Positions 24,319 through 33,875 of a DNA stretch of 64,000 nucleotides are shown in pieces; positions within the stretch are counted from its first letter, which is position 1; each line of letters opens with the position of its first letter. Made by a program: the position numbers and the translations under genes. Source of the stretch: Candidatus Enterousia sp. (GTDB lineage: Bacteria > Pseudomonadota > Alphaproteobacteria > Rs-D84); NCBI GenBank assembly GCA_045648885.1, contig JAZROV010000002.1, forward strand, positions 6,343 to 70,342, written 5' to 3'. The notes below the pieces were generated by a model. That model did not search any database and was not told where the DNA came from. It worked only from the letters and a program-made list of their open reading frames with translations.

Positions 24319-26484
24319 TTATTTTTTGATTTCTTCACCAGTCTTTTGATCAATACCAATCATTGAAAAACGTGTTTTACCGCGTTTATCAGCACCCAAA
24401 TAACGAACATATACTGTATCACCAATATTCAAATTAGTGTCTTCTATTTTGGCAATACGTTCGCCTGTGATTTCAGAAATATGAACCATAGATTCAAAAT
24501 TCTTCAAAATCTTTACAAACAAACCGAAATCTTTGATACCTGATATGACACCTTTGTAAATTTGGCCGACCTCTGGTTCTGCTACGATTTCTTTGATGCG
24601 CGCAATCGCCGCATCTGCATCTTCCGGCATGGATGCCATAATTTTCACAGTGCCATCATCTTCTAATTCGATTTCTGTGTTTGTTTCACGTGTCAAAGCC
24701 TGGATTACAGAACCACCTTTGCCGATAACATCACGAACGTTTTCAGGATTGATTTTCATCGTGTACATTTGTGGTGCAAATTCAGACACTTTGTCACGAG
24801 GTGATTTGATTGCATTTTCAATTTTACCTAAAATGTGCATACGACCATCTTTTGCCTGGCTTAACGCGCGTTCCATGATTTCAAATGTAATAGATGTGAT
24901 TTTGATATCCATTTGCAATGCAGTAATACCACGATCGGTTCCAGTCACTTTGAAATCCATATCCCCCAAATGGTCTTCGTCACCCAAAATATCAGTCAAA
25001 ATTGCATAATCATCGCCTTCTTTGATTAAACCCATCGCGATACCTGCAACCGGACGAGTCATTGGAACACCACCGTCCATCATTGCCAATGTTGCACCAC
25101 ATGTTGTCGCCATAGAAGATGAACCATTTGATTCCAAAATATCCGAACAAATGCGAATCACATAGTCAAATTTTTCACGTGATGGAATCATCGGATGAAC
25201 CGCACGCCATGCCAAATTACCGTGTCCTAATTCACGACGACCCGGTGATTTTAATCCCTTGGCTTCGCCGACAGAATATCCTGGGAAATTATAATTCAAA
25301 ATGAAATCGCGTTCATCTTCACCATCCAAAGATTCAATTGGCAATGCATCTTGGCCTGATCCCAATGTCAAAGAAACCAATGCCTGGGTTTCACCACGTG
25401 TGAACAATGCAGATCCATGTGCGCGTGGCAAAATGCCCAATTCAATTTCAATTGGACGAACAGTTTTAGTATCACGTCCATCAATACGTGGTTTGCCTGC
25501 CAAAATATTTCCACGCATAATACGCGCAGTTATATTTTCAACAATTTCATCAGCCCATGATTCCAATGTCGATGTTGCAGTTGTTGTATCTGGGAACAAT
25601 TCAGGAATACGCGTTTTTGCCGCAGCATGAATTTGTGCCAAAGTGTCCAAACGAACCAATTTTTCTTTGATTTGCAGTGCTTTTTCAATATCGCCAGAAA
25701 ATTGTTCAAAATCTTTTTCCATTGCGATATATTCGTCGCTTTTTTCAGGTATTGCCCAGCGTTCTTTGCCGGCTTTTTTCACCAAATCATTGATTGCAGA
25801 AATAACTGTCTGTTGTGCATCAAAACCAAATTTCACAGCACCCAATGTTGTTGTTTCATCTAATTCGCCAATTTCAGATTCAACCATCAACACGCCATCT
25901 TTGGTCGCAGCAACAACCAAATCCATTTGTGAATCTTCGGTTTCTTTCTTTGACGGATTTAACAAATATTGTCCATCACGATATCCAACACGTGCTGCAC
26001 CAATTGGCCCCGCAAAAGGAACCCCAGACAAAGCCAACGCCGCACTGGACGCGATCATTGCCAAAATATCAGGTTGATTCTTTCTGTCATACGAAAAAAC
26101 CTGGGCAATAATTTGAACTTTGTTTTTAAAAGTTTCTGGAAATAACGGACGAATTGGGCGATCAATTAAACGCGCAATCAATGTTTCGTTTGTGCTGGGT
26201 TTGCCTTCGCGGCGATCACGAGATCCCGGAATACGACCCGCAGACGCAAATTTTTCCTGGTAATCAACAGTCAGTGGAAAGAAATCTTGCCCTTCTACCG
26301 CTGTCTTTTCTGCGCATACTGTCGCCAAAACCATTGTTTGACCCATTGTTGCCATAACGGCGCCAGTAGCCTGTTTTGCATAACGCCCCGTTTCCAAACG
26401 AACCGTTTCGTTTCCATATTTAAATTCAACCGCAATTGGGTTATTTAAGACATGTTTGTCTGATTTTCCAAATATACCTAACAT
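24319..26484 (-). CDS. pnp: polyribonucleotide nucleotidyltransferase (PNPase)
   Basis: 721 aa. Two RNase PH-like domains, a KH domain, and an S1 domain (GQIYKGVISGIKDFGLFVKI). Confidence 0.97.
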   Translation of the reverse strand: MLGIFGKSDKHVLNNPIAVEFKYGNETVRLETGRYAKQATGAVMATMGQTMVLATVCAEKTAVEGQDFFPLTVDYQEKFASAGRIPGSRDRREGKPSTNETLIARLIDRPIRPLFPETFKNKVQIIAQVFSYDRKNQPDILAMIASSAALALSGVPFAGPIGAARVGYRDGQYLLNPSKKETEDSQMDLVVAATKDGVLMVESEIGELDETTTLGAVKFGFDAQQTVISAINDLVKKAGKERWAIPEKSDEYIAMEKDFEQFSGDIEKALQIKEKLVRLDTLAQIHAAAKTRIPELFPDTTTATSTLESWADEIVENITARIMRGNILAGKPRIDGRDTKTVRPIEIELGILPRAHGSALFTRGETQALVSLTLGSGQDALPIESLDGEDERDFILNYNFPGYSVGEAKGLKSPGRRELGHGNLAWRAVHPMIPSREKFDYVIRICSDILESNGSSSMATTCGATLAMMDGGVPMTRPVAGIAMGLIKEGDDYAILTDILGDEDHLGDMDFKVTGTDRGITALQMDIKITSITFEIMERALSQAKDGRMHILGKIENAIKSPRDKVSEFAPQMYTMKINPENVRDVIGKGGSVIQALTRETNTEIELEDDGTVKIMASMPEDADAAIARIKEIVAEPEVGQIYKGVISGIKDFGLFVKILKNFESMVHISEITGERIAKIEDTNLNIGDTVYVRYLGADKRGKTRFSMIGIDQKTGEEIKK

Positions 26485-26615
26485 ATATTTTTCTCCATTT
26501 TTTTATAATTAAGTTTATTTTGGCAGACAAAAATCATTCGTTTTTGTATTCTTGGTCATGAAATACAAGAAAGAATAATTCAATCTCCGCCTGCTTGTTA
26601 TATTTATGCTTGACC

Positions 26616-26643
26616 ATTATAGAATATATTTATTCATTTGCAA
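26616..26643 (-). promoter_or_regulatory. candidate sigma70 promoter for pnp
   Basis: Minus strand TTGCAA, 16 nt, TATAAT. It would give a 5' UTR of about 125 nt containing a TTGTATT/AATACAA hairpin. Confidence 0.5.
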
Positions 26644-26707
26644 CAAAATTACCATATATTTTAACAGATTATTATAAACATAAAAAATGGGGCCCAAACC
26701 CCATTTT

Positions 26708-27616
26708 TTAAATATTTGTTGTACATGTTTTGCAAAATTTTGTTTCATATTTTTCTATTTCTATTTTGTCTGCTATTTCAGATAACACAGGTATTTTTAT
26801 ATTCAATCCTTTGGCACGCTGAATCAATCCCTTCAATGCACAAACACCCTCTATCGTACCTTCTGGTTTTTCGCCACGTGCGATTGATATACCCGCGGAA
26901 AAATTACGGCTGGTTGGGGATGTTGCAGACAGAAACAAATCACCAATACCACACAGACCTAAAAATGTTTTTACATCCGCCCCCATTTCGATTGCTATTT
27001 GCATTATTTCGTTCCACACACGAACAAACACCAACGCGCGTTCGTTTTCGCCCTGCCCTTTGACAGTCATAAAACCGGATATCAACGCAGCAGCGTTTTT
27101 CCCAACACCGCAAAATTGCGTTCCGATTATATCATTAAGGTCTTGCAAGTAAAATTCTGACAACGCCAAATGACCATATTGCCGTATGACATCATTACCG
27201 GCCAAAGTAGAACCAGTAGGGACACCGCTTGCCACTTCGTGTGCAAATTGCGGACCAGATAACACACCAATATTTTCGCATTCTGGGATTTCTTCGTTTA
27301 AAATCTCAGACACAAAACAACCGGTTTGTGCCTCCATACCTTTTGTGCAAATTAAAATTGGTTGTTCATTATAAATATCACGCATTTTTTGTGTGGTTTC
27401 ACGGAAAAACGCAGCCGGCGTCACAATCAGCCAAAATTTGCAATCTTGCAAATCTTTTATATTCCCTGTAAGCGTCACATTTTGCGGTTTTTCAATATCA
27501 TCAAATTTATGAAAAATTCCATTAAAGCCCCACAAAACAACTTCGTTACCAGACTTTGCACAAGTATATGCCAACGCAGTTCCCCATGCACCTGCACCAA
27601 AAACACCTATTTTCAT
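26708..27616 (-). CDS. gpsA: NAD(P)H-dependent glycerol-3-phosphate dehydrogenase
   Basis: 302 aa. MKIGVFGAGAWGTALA Rossmann motif and conserved LSGPQFAHEV block. Confidence 0.9.
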   Translation of the reverse strand: MKIGVFGAGAWGTALAYTCAKSGNEVVLWGFNGIFHKFDDIEKPQNVTLTGNIKDLQDCKFWLIVTPAAFFRETTQKMRDIYNEQPILICTKGMEAQTGCFVSEILNEEIPECENIGVLSGPQFAHEVASGVPTGSTLAGNDVIRQYGHLALSEFYLQDLNDIIGTQFCGVGKNAAALISGFMTVKGQGENERALVFVRVWNEIMQIAIEMGADVKTFLGLCGIGDLFLSATSPTSRNFSAGISIARGEKPEGTIEGVCALKGLIQRAKGLNIKIPVLSEIADKIEIEKYETKFCKTCTTNI

Positions 27617-29241
27617 TTTAATTTCCTTAATTTTTTTTCAACAAACGGCGCAACAACCATGCCGTCATCAGACAAATCCAGCGCACGCTTATACGATTTA
27701 ATTGCGTTTTCTTTGTCGCCTATTTTGCGATACATGTCGCCCAGATGTTCAAACAAAGACGATGTATCATTTGAAATATCACCAATACGTTCTAATAATT
27801 CTAATGCTTCATGAACACCTTCCCTTTTTTCAACAATCACACCCAAAATATCCCATGCAATGACGTCCACAGTATTTCTTTTGACCAAAGTCATCGCATA
27901 ATCATACGCACTGTCTAATTCTTTGTTTTGGGCTGCCCACGCACGCGCCTGTAATAATAAATAATCAGATGTCAAACGACCGTCTAATTCTTTAATTTCA
28001 TCTAAATCGCGCTGGGCACGTTTTGGTTGATTAAACAACAAATAAATATTCGCACGATATTTCAAAAACAATACACGACCATCTTCGGACAAACCTTTCT
28101 GTTTCAAAGCACGATTTACAACGTTCAGCGCCGCACGACTGTTTCCATTTTTTATAGCATTTGCTATTATTATTTTAACTGCAGGCACAAACAAAGGATT
28201 TTTACGCGCAATCGCTTCTATATTTTTAATATTTCCATTACGTTCAGCAATTTTCATTTGTCCGAACAAATAAAGCGGATTTTTAATTGATACTGAATTA
28301 AAAGCGCGCTCAAAATCACCGTTGTTATAAAAATAATATTGCCCCAGATAATAATTCACAGCGTCCATATTCATATCATTTGACACCAATGCTGCGAATT
28401 TCAGCATCATCAACGAAAAATCTGTAAAAATCATTATTTGTGTATGCGATATATTTTGAATAACACTGAACGCCATATTATTTTTATACCCCGCATAATT
28501 CGACCAATTTGGAATATCTTCGTAATCTAAAATGAACATACCCGTCGGTTTCGCAATAAAATCATTGCGCAAAATATCCATATCTTCGAACATTTCGTGT
28601 TCTTTGTAAAAAGACATTAAATACAAATAATCATTTATATTCATAAATTCAGGATGTACATCGGCAAATTCTTTGATGGCAGTATCTAAATCATTATCGA
28701 GCAACGCAATTTGCCCACGAACAAACGATTTCCACGACGAATTTGTCGGCAAAGAATTCAAATATTTTATCGCGTCTTGCTTTTTACCCTGGTGCACAGC
28801 GGAAAAAATACGCAACGGCGCCATAAATACAGAATCATTTTTTGCATGGCGACTATACAGCGATTTCCAATCATCATTTTGAATCAAATAAGCATCATAA
28901 ATTAACCGCGAAGAAACTTCTTTGGAATCGCGCAACGATTTAACATCTTCCGGTAATTTACCATTCAAAAAATCAACCATATTTTTCGATTGTTTAACCG
29001 AATCTAATTTAACAACCGATGAATCCAGCGCGTTTAACATTTTATCCGCTACATCAAAATCATTCACATAAATCGCATGCTGGGCTGCTAAAAAAGAACC
29101 GAAATTCGTATCAAAAACAACATCGTTATTTTGTGTATTGGTTGTACGATATAAATCAAATGCGCGCCACAAAACCAAAACCGCGCACACACCAAACAAA
29201 ACAAAAATTGTTTTAATATAAAAACTTTTAATATCTTTCAT
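27613..29241 (-). CDS. TPR-repeat protein with N-terminal membrane anchor
   Basis: 542 aa. TM helix IKTIFVLFGVCAVLVLW. C-terminal TPR-like repeats (..AWDILGVIV..ALELLERI.., ..GDMYRKIGDKENAIKSYKRALDL). ATGA overlap with gpsA. Confidence 0.6.
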   Translation of the reverse strand: MKDIKSFYIKTIFVLFGVCAVLVLWRAFDLYRTTNTQNNDVVFDTNFGSFLAAQHAIYVNDFDVADKMLNALDSSVVKLDSVKQSKNMVDFLNGKLPEDVKSLRDSKEVSSRLIYDAYLIQNDDWKSLYSRHAKNDSVFMAPLRIFSAVHQGKKQDAIKYLNSLPTNSSWKSFVRGQIALLDNDLDTAIKEFADVHPEFMNINDYLYLMSFYKEHEMFEDMDILRNDFIAKPTGMFILDYEDIPNWSNYAGYKNNMAFSVIQNISHTQIMIFTDFSLMMLKFAALVSNDMNMDAVNYYLGQYYFYNNGDFERAFNSVSIKNPLYLFGQMKIAERNGNIKNIEAIARKNPLFVPAVKIIIANAIKNGNSRAALNVVNRALKQKGLSEDGRVLFLKYRANIYLLFNQPKRAQRDLDEIKELDGRLTSDYLLLQARAWAAQNKELDSAYDYAMTLVKRNTVDVIAWDILGVIVEKREGVHEALELLERIGDISNDTSSLFEHLGDMYRKIGDKENAIKSYKRALDLSDDGMVVAPFVEKKLRKLK

Positions 29242-29267
29242 TGCGAAATCATGTTAAAATAAAAATC

Positions 29268-29828
29268 ATGGATAATAAAGAAAAATTTATAAAGTATGAA
29301 GAACTGTTAAAAGAATGGTCGAAACGGATGAACCTGGTCGCGCCCAGTACGTTATCAGACATCGAAAACCGCCATTTCAAAGACAGTGCTCAATTGGCTA
29401 ATTTTATCCCACGCGATGCAAAAATCGTTGATTTGGGATCTGGCGCTGGTTTTCCTGGCGTTGTTTTGGCGATTTTGGGTTGGGATGTTATTTGCATTGA
29501 ATCAATTCGCAAAAAGGCCGGCTTTTTATCAATTTTAAAACAAGAATTAGACCTGCCAAATTTAACAGTTATCAATGATAGAATTGAGGCTTTTTTTGCA
29601 AAATCGCCGGCCTTTTCTAAAAATTTCGTATTTACAGCACGTGCTTTTGCCCCATTGATTAAAATTTTCGATTATACACACAAACAAAATTGCCGGCTTT
29701 TTTTGCTAAAAGGCCGGGAAATCGAAAACGAAATTTTAACTGCAAAAACCAAATATAAATTCGATTATGAATTACACCCATCCACAACTGGCGACGGTTA
29801 TATTATTATCGTAAAAAACCTTAAATAA
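29268..29828 (+). CDS. rsmG: 16S rRNA m7G527 methyltransferase RsmG (GidB)
   Basis: Start moved to the first ATG (MDNKEKF). SAM motif DLGSGAGFPGVVLAI. Confidence 0.88.
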   Translation: MDNKEKFIKYEELLKEWSKRMNLVAPSTLSDIENRHFKDSAQLANFIPRDAKIVDLGSGAGFPGVVLAILGWDVICIESIRKKAGFLSILKQELDLPNLTVINDRIEAFFAKSPAFSKNFVFTARAFAPLIKIFDYTHKQNCRLFLLKGREIENEILTAKTKYKFDYELHPSTTGDGYIIIVKNLK

Positions 29829-29833
29829 AGAAT

Positions 29834-29849
29834 TATTTCACATGAAACA
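29834..29849. promoter_or_regulatory. parS-like ParB binding site
   Basis: The minus strand reads TGTTTCATGTGAAATA, a 14/16 match to consensus TGTTTCACGTGAAACA. Lies between rsmG and parA. Confidence 0.5.
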
Positions 29850-29856
29850 AAATATA

Positions 29857-29885
29857 ACACACTGATATTAGTGTGTTTTTATTTT
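29857..29885 (+). terminator. rho-independent terminator after rsmG
   Basis: ACACAC-tgatatta-GTGTGT hairpin followed by TTTTTATTTT. Confidence 0.6.
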
Positions 29886-29945
29886 ATATTGACTATTTTT
29901 TTATAATTTAATATTCTGGGGATAAATTGGAAAGGAATAATAAAA

Positions 29946-30725
29946 ATGGCAAAAATAATATCTTTTGCAAATCAAAAAGGCGGTGTTGGCAAAACAACCA
30001 CTGCAATAAACATCGCGGCATCATTGGCCGCCATTAAAAAACGCGTTTTGTTGATAGACCTGGATTCCCAGGGAAATGCCGGCACAGGATTAGGTTTTGT
30101 TCGTGCCACACACAAACAAAGTGTCTATGGGGTTTTGATGGGAAATGCCGGCATAATCGAAAATATTTTAACAACCGCGATACCAAATATGCATATTTTA
30201 CCGGCATCTGCAAAACTAGCCGGTGCAGAATTGGATATGTTAGATCTGGAAAATCGCGAATATCGCCTGCGGGACGCGTTAAAAACTATTGATGCAAATT
30301 ATGACTATATTTTAATAGATTGCCCACCTGCCCTGGGAATTTTAACGATAAACGCATTAAGCACGTCTGATTATGTCATAATACCGCTGCAATGCGAATT
30401 TTTCGCCCTGGAAGGCGTCCAGCAATTATTATCATCAATCCATGCAATTCAACAAAATTGGAATCCAAAACTGGATATTTTGGGCATGGTTTTAACCATG
30501 TATGACAAAAAATTAGGTTTAACCCGGGCGGTCGAAGAAGATGTTCGCAACACATTCGGCGACAAAGTCTTTAAAACAGTAATTCCGCGTAATGTCCGAA
30601 TTTCAGAGGCACCCAGCCATGGCAAACCCGCCCTGTTCTATGATTTTAAATCATCGGGGGCCCAGGCGTATTTACGCGTCGCAACCGAAGTTGTCAACGC
30701 ATTGGAACAAAAGGAATCAAAATGA
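29946..30725 (+). CDS. parA: chromosome partitioning ATPase ParA (Soj)
   Basis: 259 aa. Deviant Walker A NQKGGVGKTTTAINIAASLA. Confidence 0.95.
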   Translation: MAKIISFANQKGGVGKTTTAINIAASLAAIKKRVLLIDLDSQGNAGTGLGFVRATHKQSVYGVLMGNAGIIENILTTAIPNMHILPASAKLAGAELDMLDLENREYRLRDALKTIDANYDYILIDCPPALGILTINALSTSDYVIIPLQCEFFALEGVQQLLSSIHAIQQNWNPKLDILGMVLTMYDKKLGLTRAVEEDVRNTFGDKVFKTVIPRNVRISEAPSHGKPALFYDFKSSGAQAYLRVATEVVNALEQKESK

Positions 30726-31597
30726 CATCTAAATTCTTAGGCAAAACATTATCTCAATTAAACCAAGAAATGGGTCAAATACCGGATATTTCTGTTTTAA
30801 CTGGGGGCGAACGCGTTGTTGTAAAACCAATACCGTTGGTACAAATCAGCCCGAACCCAGACCAACCACGTAAAACTTTTTCAGATGACGAATTGCGCGA
30901 TTTGGCTGAATCTATACGGGAAAAAGGTGTATTGGTTCCAATTATCCTGCGCACTGTGCAAAATAAACCGTATCTTTATGAAATTGTCGCAGGTGAACGT
31001 CGCTATCGCGCTGCAAAAATGGCGGGGTTAAGCGAAATTCCGGCATTGGTGAAAAATTTAACCAATCAAAACGCAATGGAAATCGCTTTGATTGAAAACG
31101 TGCAACGCGAAAATTTAAACCCGATAGAAGAAGCCGATGGCTATGAAAACCTGATGCAGAAATGCGGATATTCCATGGCAGACGTATCAAAATTGATTGG
31201 AAAATCAGAAAGTTATATTCGCAATCTTATGCGGATAAATTCGTTGCCCGAATCGGTCAAAAATTTGGTCAAAAGCGGCGAATTGTCGGCATCACACGCG
31301 CGCACAATCGCGGTTTCTGATAACCCCGAACAACTGGCGCACGACATCATAAATAATAAATTATCGGTGGCAGATGCGCAAAAATGCGTCAAAGAATCGA
31401 ATCGTTCAAAACGTTGTCGTTCATTTAATAAAACGACAATGGATACATCGGAAATTGAAAAAATCGAATCAAAAATATCAAAATTTTTGAAAACACCGGT
31501 AAAATTGCGCGAACGGCGTGGCGGGGCCGGCGAAATAGTAATAAAATTCGCCAACCGCGTTCAAATGGATGATTTGGTTAAAAAACTGACGAAATAG
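30722..31597 (+). CDS. parB: chromosome partitioning protein ParB (Spo0J)
   Basis: 291 aa. ParB box IVAGERRYRAAKMAG and an HTH region. ATGA overlap with parA. Confidence 0.95.
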   Translation: MTSKFLGKTLSQLNQEMGQIPDISVLTGGERVVVKPIPLVQISPNPDQPRKTFSDDELRDLAESIREKGVLVPIILRTVQNKPYLYEIVAGERRYRAAKMAGLSEIPALVKNLTNQNAMEIALIENVQRENLNPIEEADGYENLMQKCGYSMADVSKLIGKSESYIRNLMRINSLPESVKNLVKSGELSASHARTIAVSDNPEQLAHDIINNKLSVADAQKCVKESNRSKRCRSFNKTTMDTSEIEKIESKISKFLKTPVKLRERRGGAGEIVIKFANRVQMDDLVKKLTK

Positions 31598-31618
31598 GGC
31601 GTATTTACATTGTATAAA

Positions 31619-31657
31619 TTCCCGGCCAAATCGTTAAAAAGGCCGGGAATTTTTTTA
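31619..31657 (+). terminator. rho-independent terminator after parB
   Basis: TTCCCGGCC...GGCCGGGAA 9-bp stem followed by a T7 run. Confidence 0.7.
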
Positions 31658-31680
31658 TTATTTTGTGAAAATCAAAGCAT

Positions 31681-31710
31681 AAAAAAAGCCACCCGATTGG
31701 GTGGCCTTTT
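31681..31710 (-). terminator. rho-independent terminator after pal
   Basis: GCCACCC-gatt-GGGTGGC hairpin. A T7 run follows on the minus strand. Confidence 0.7.
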
Positions 31711-31724
31711 AAATTCAACAACAA

Positions 31725-32141
31725 TTATTTAACAGTTGTTGTGGCGTTACGATTGTATTTCCAAACGTCTTCACCGGTACCTTTGACCAATGGGCGTTCT
31801 TTACCATAAGAAATAGTGGAAATACGACGGCCATCTATACCATCATTGACCAATACTTTTTTGGCAGCGTTTGCACGACGTGCACCCAAAGCCAAGTTGT
31901 ATTCAGTCGAACCACGTTCGTCGCAATTACCAGCAATTTGGATTTTTGTTCCTTCGTGGTTTTTCATATACAAAGATTGACCAAGCAAATTATCGCGCGC
32001 TTCTTTTGAAATTTCAGCAGAATTAAATGCGAAAAATACGCGTTGATCGTTCAAATCGGATGGTTCAACAATACTGGATCCACCGCACGCAGCCAGCAAC
32101 CCAGCAACACCAGCCAACAAAGCAAAGTTTTTTATTTTCAT
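31725..32141 (-). CDS. pal: peptidoglycan-associated lipoprotein (OmpA-like)
   Basis: 138 aa. Lipobox LLAA|C and the Pal core GNCDERGSTEYNLALGARRANAAKKVLV. Confidence 0.88.
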   Translation of the reverse strand: MKIKNFALLAGVAGLLAACGGSSIVEPSDLNDQRVFFAFNSAEISKEARDNLLGQSLYMKNHEGTKIQIAGNCDERGSTEYNLALGARRANAAKKVLVNDGIDGRRISTISYGKERPLVKGTGEDVWKYNRNATTTVK

Positions 32142-32215
32142 GAAAATACTCCCTTGAGTTTTTGTTGCTCAGGTTATATTCTATATCAACATGTAAAAAA
32201 AATCAAGGACAAATC

Positions 32216-32965
32216 ATGGGACTTTGTGCATTGCAAGATTTAAATATGGCTGGCGTAGTTTGGGAATTGACCGAAACAGCGGCTGTTTTGACAACAAAAA
32301 AAACGCCAACACAACAAACTTTCCATGATGCAACGAATAAAATAGCGGTTCGGCCTGTTATTATTCCGCCGGCTGCCCCAATCAGTTTAGAAACTGTGAA
32401 ATCTATGGTTATGCGTCCGAATGATATTGATTCTTTGGTCCGTATGGTTATGGAATTTAATCATCCGCTGCGGGGTGGGGCGCAAAATGTAGTTATGCCA
32501 AATATCGCACAAAATCCAAACGGGTTGGTCATCATCACAGATATGCCACGTTCAGAAGATGATGCGTCTGGTAAAATTTTATCAGGTATGGCAGGTGAAA
32601 TGATTGATAAAATGTTAAATGCGATTGAAATGTCGCGTGATTGTGTTTCGATTATACCGCTGGTATTTTGGCGTACACCTGGCGAACGCAGCCCCAGTCG
32701 TGAAGAATTAGATTTGGTTCGCCCATTTATTGATAAAATGCTTGAAATGTTAAAACCGAAAATTGTTATTACGTTGGGCACTTTGGCAACAGAAGAAATC
32801 GGTAAAACAAATCTCGCAACAAATCATGGGACTGAAATAGTCAGTGATTTTGGCTATAAAATTATACCGATGTTTCATCCGAATTATTTGATTTTAAAAC
32901 CCAGTGCCAAGAAAGTCGTTTGGGACACACTGCAAAATGTGCAAAAAATGTTGAAAAATTCGTAA
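32216..32965 (+). CDS. uracil-DNA glycosylase superfamily protein (family 4-like, variant active-site motif)
   Basis: Start moved to the ATG 6 nt after an AAGGA SD. UDG-fold blocks LVIITDMPRSEDDASGKILSG..AGEMIDKML and PMFHPNYL. The usual GEAPG motif is replaced by TDMPR. Confidence 0.65.
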   Translation: MGLCALQDLNMAGVVWELTETAAVLTTKKTPTQQTFHDATNKIAVRPVIIPPAAPISLETVKSMVMRPNDIDSLVRMVMEFNHPLRGGAQNVVMPNIAQNPNGLVIITDMPRSEDDASGKILSGMAGEMIDKMLNAIEMSRDCVSIIPLVFWRTPGERSPSREELDLVRPFIDKMLEMLKPKIVITLGTLATEEIGKTNLATNHGTEIVSDFGYKIIPMFHPNYLILKPSAKKVVWDTLQNVQKMLKNS

Positions 32966-33007
32966 AAATATTTAATAATTCACAATATTGTACAAAGGAG
33001 CATTAAA

Positions 33008-33553
33008 ATTAAACCGACAAATAATAACAAGTCTCGCGATATGGGACCACGTATGAACGATAAAATTTTTGCTAAATCTGTCCAGGTTATAAATCAAGAC
33101 GGTCAAAATTTGGGTGTTATGGATACATCTGATGCGTTGAATATGGCATCTGATATGGGATTAGATTTGGTTGAAATAAACGCTCAATCAATACCTGTAC
33201 TGGTCAAAATGATGGATTATGGCAAATACAAATACGACCAGAAAAAACGCGCTAGTGAGGCACGCAAAAAACAAAAGACTATTGAATTAAAAGAAGTCTG
33301 GATAAAACCTTTCATCGAAGATAATGATTTGAATATCAAATTAAAGAAAGTTTTCGAATTTTTAGATGACGGGAACAAAGTTAAAATCGCTGTTATGACG
33401 CATGGTGATAAACGCGTTTTGGCGCGCAGTCGTGATGCGGTTCCACAATTGTTTGCACGAATTGTCGAATTGATTGGTGAACGCGGAACGGTTGAATCAA
33501 AATCTAAACCCGAAGAAAGAACAAAATCTATGATTATTGCACCTGTGAAATAG
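33008..33553 (+). CDS. infC: translation initiation factor IF-3, probable ATT start
   Basis: IF-3 core KSVQVINQDGQNLGVM...DLVEI...MDYGKYKY. An in-frame ATT at 33008 lies 7 nt after an AAGGAG SD and restores an N-terminal length like E. coli IF-3. The first ATG (33041) has no SD. Confidence 0.85.
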   Translation: MKPTNNNKSRDMGPRMNDKIFAKSVQVINQDGQNLGVMDTSDALNMASDMGLDLVEINAQSIPVLVKMMDYGKYKYDQKKRASEARKKQKTIELKEVWIKPFIEDNDLNIKLKKVFEFLDDGNKVKIAVMTHGDKRVLARSRDAVPQLFARIVELIGERGTVESKSKPEERTKSMIIAPVK

Positions 33554-33571
33554 GGGTAAAAAAACAATCAA

Positions 33572-33598
33572 AAGACCGTCATATTGGCGGTCTTTTTT
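33572..33598 (+). terminator. rho-independent terminator after infC
   Basis: AGACCGTC-atatt-GGCGGTCT hairpin followed by a T6 run. Confidence 0.75.
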
Positions 33599-33667
33599 AA
33601 TTATAAATTGTTGCAAATATAGTTTTTATGCGGTATTGTAAAAATTGCCAAACAAAGGATATATATT

Positions 33668-33874
33668 ATGGACACAAATAAACTGTCATTCGAAGAAGCA
33701 TATAAACAATTGACTGAATTGGTGCAAAAAATGGAATCGGGTGAAATGTCGTTGGCTGATTCTGTGACTGCATACGAACAGGGCATCAAATTAAAGGCAT
33801 ATTGTGAACAATTGTTAAAAGAAGCGGAATTAAAAATCGAAACATTGAAAATTTCTTCAAATGCCGGTGAATGA
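33668..33874 (+). CDS. xseB: exodeoxyribonuclease VII small subunit
   Basis: 68 aa. LSFEEAYKQLTELVQKMESGEMSLADSV..YEQG is typical of XseB. Confidence 0.85.
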   Translation: MDTNKLSFEEAYKQLTELVQKMESGEMSLADSVTAYEQGIKLKAYCEQLLKEAELKIETLKISSNAGE

Positions 33875-33875
33875 T

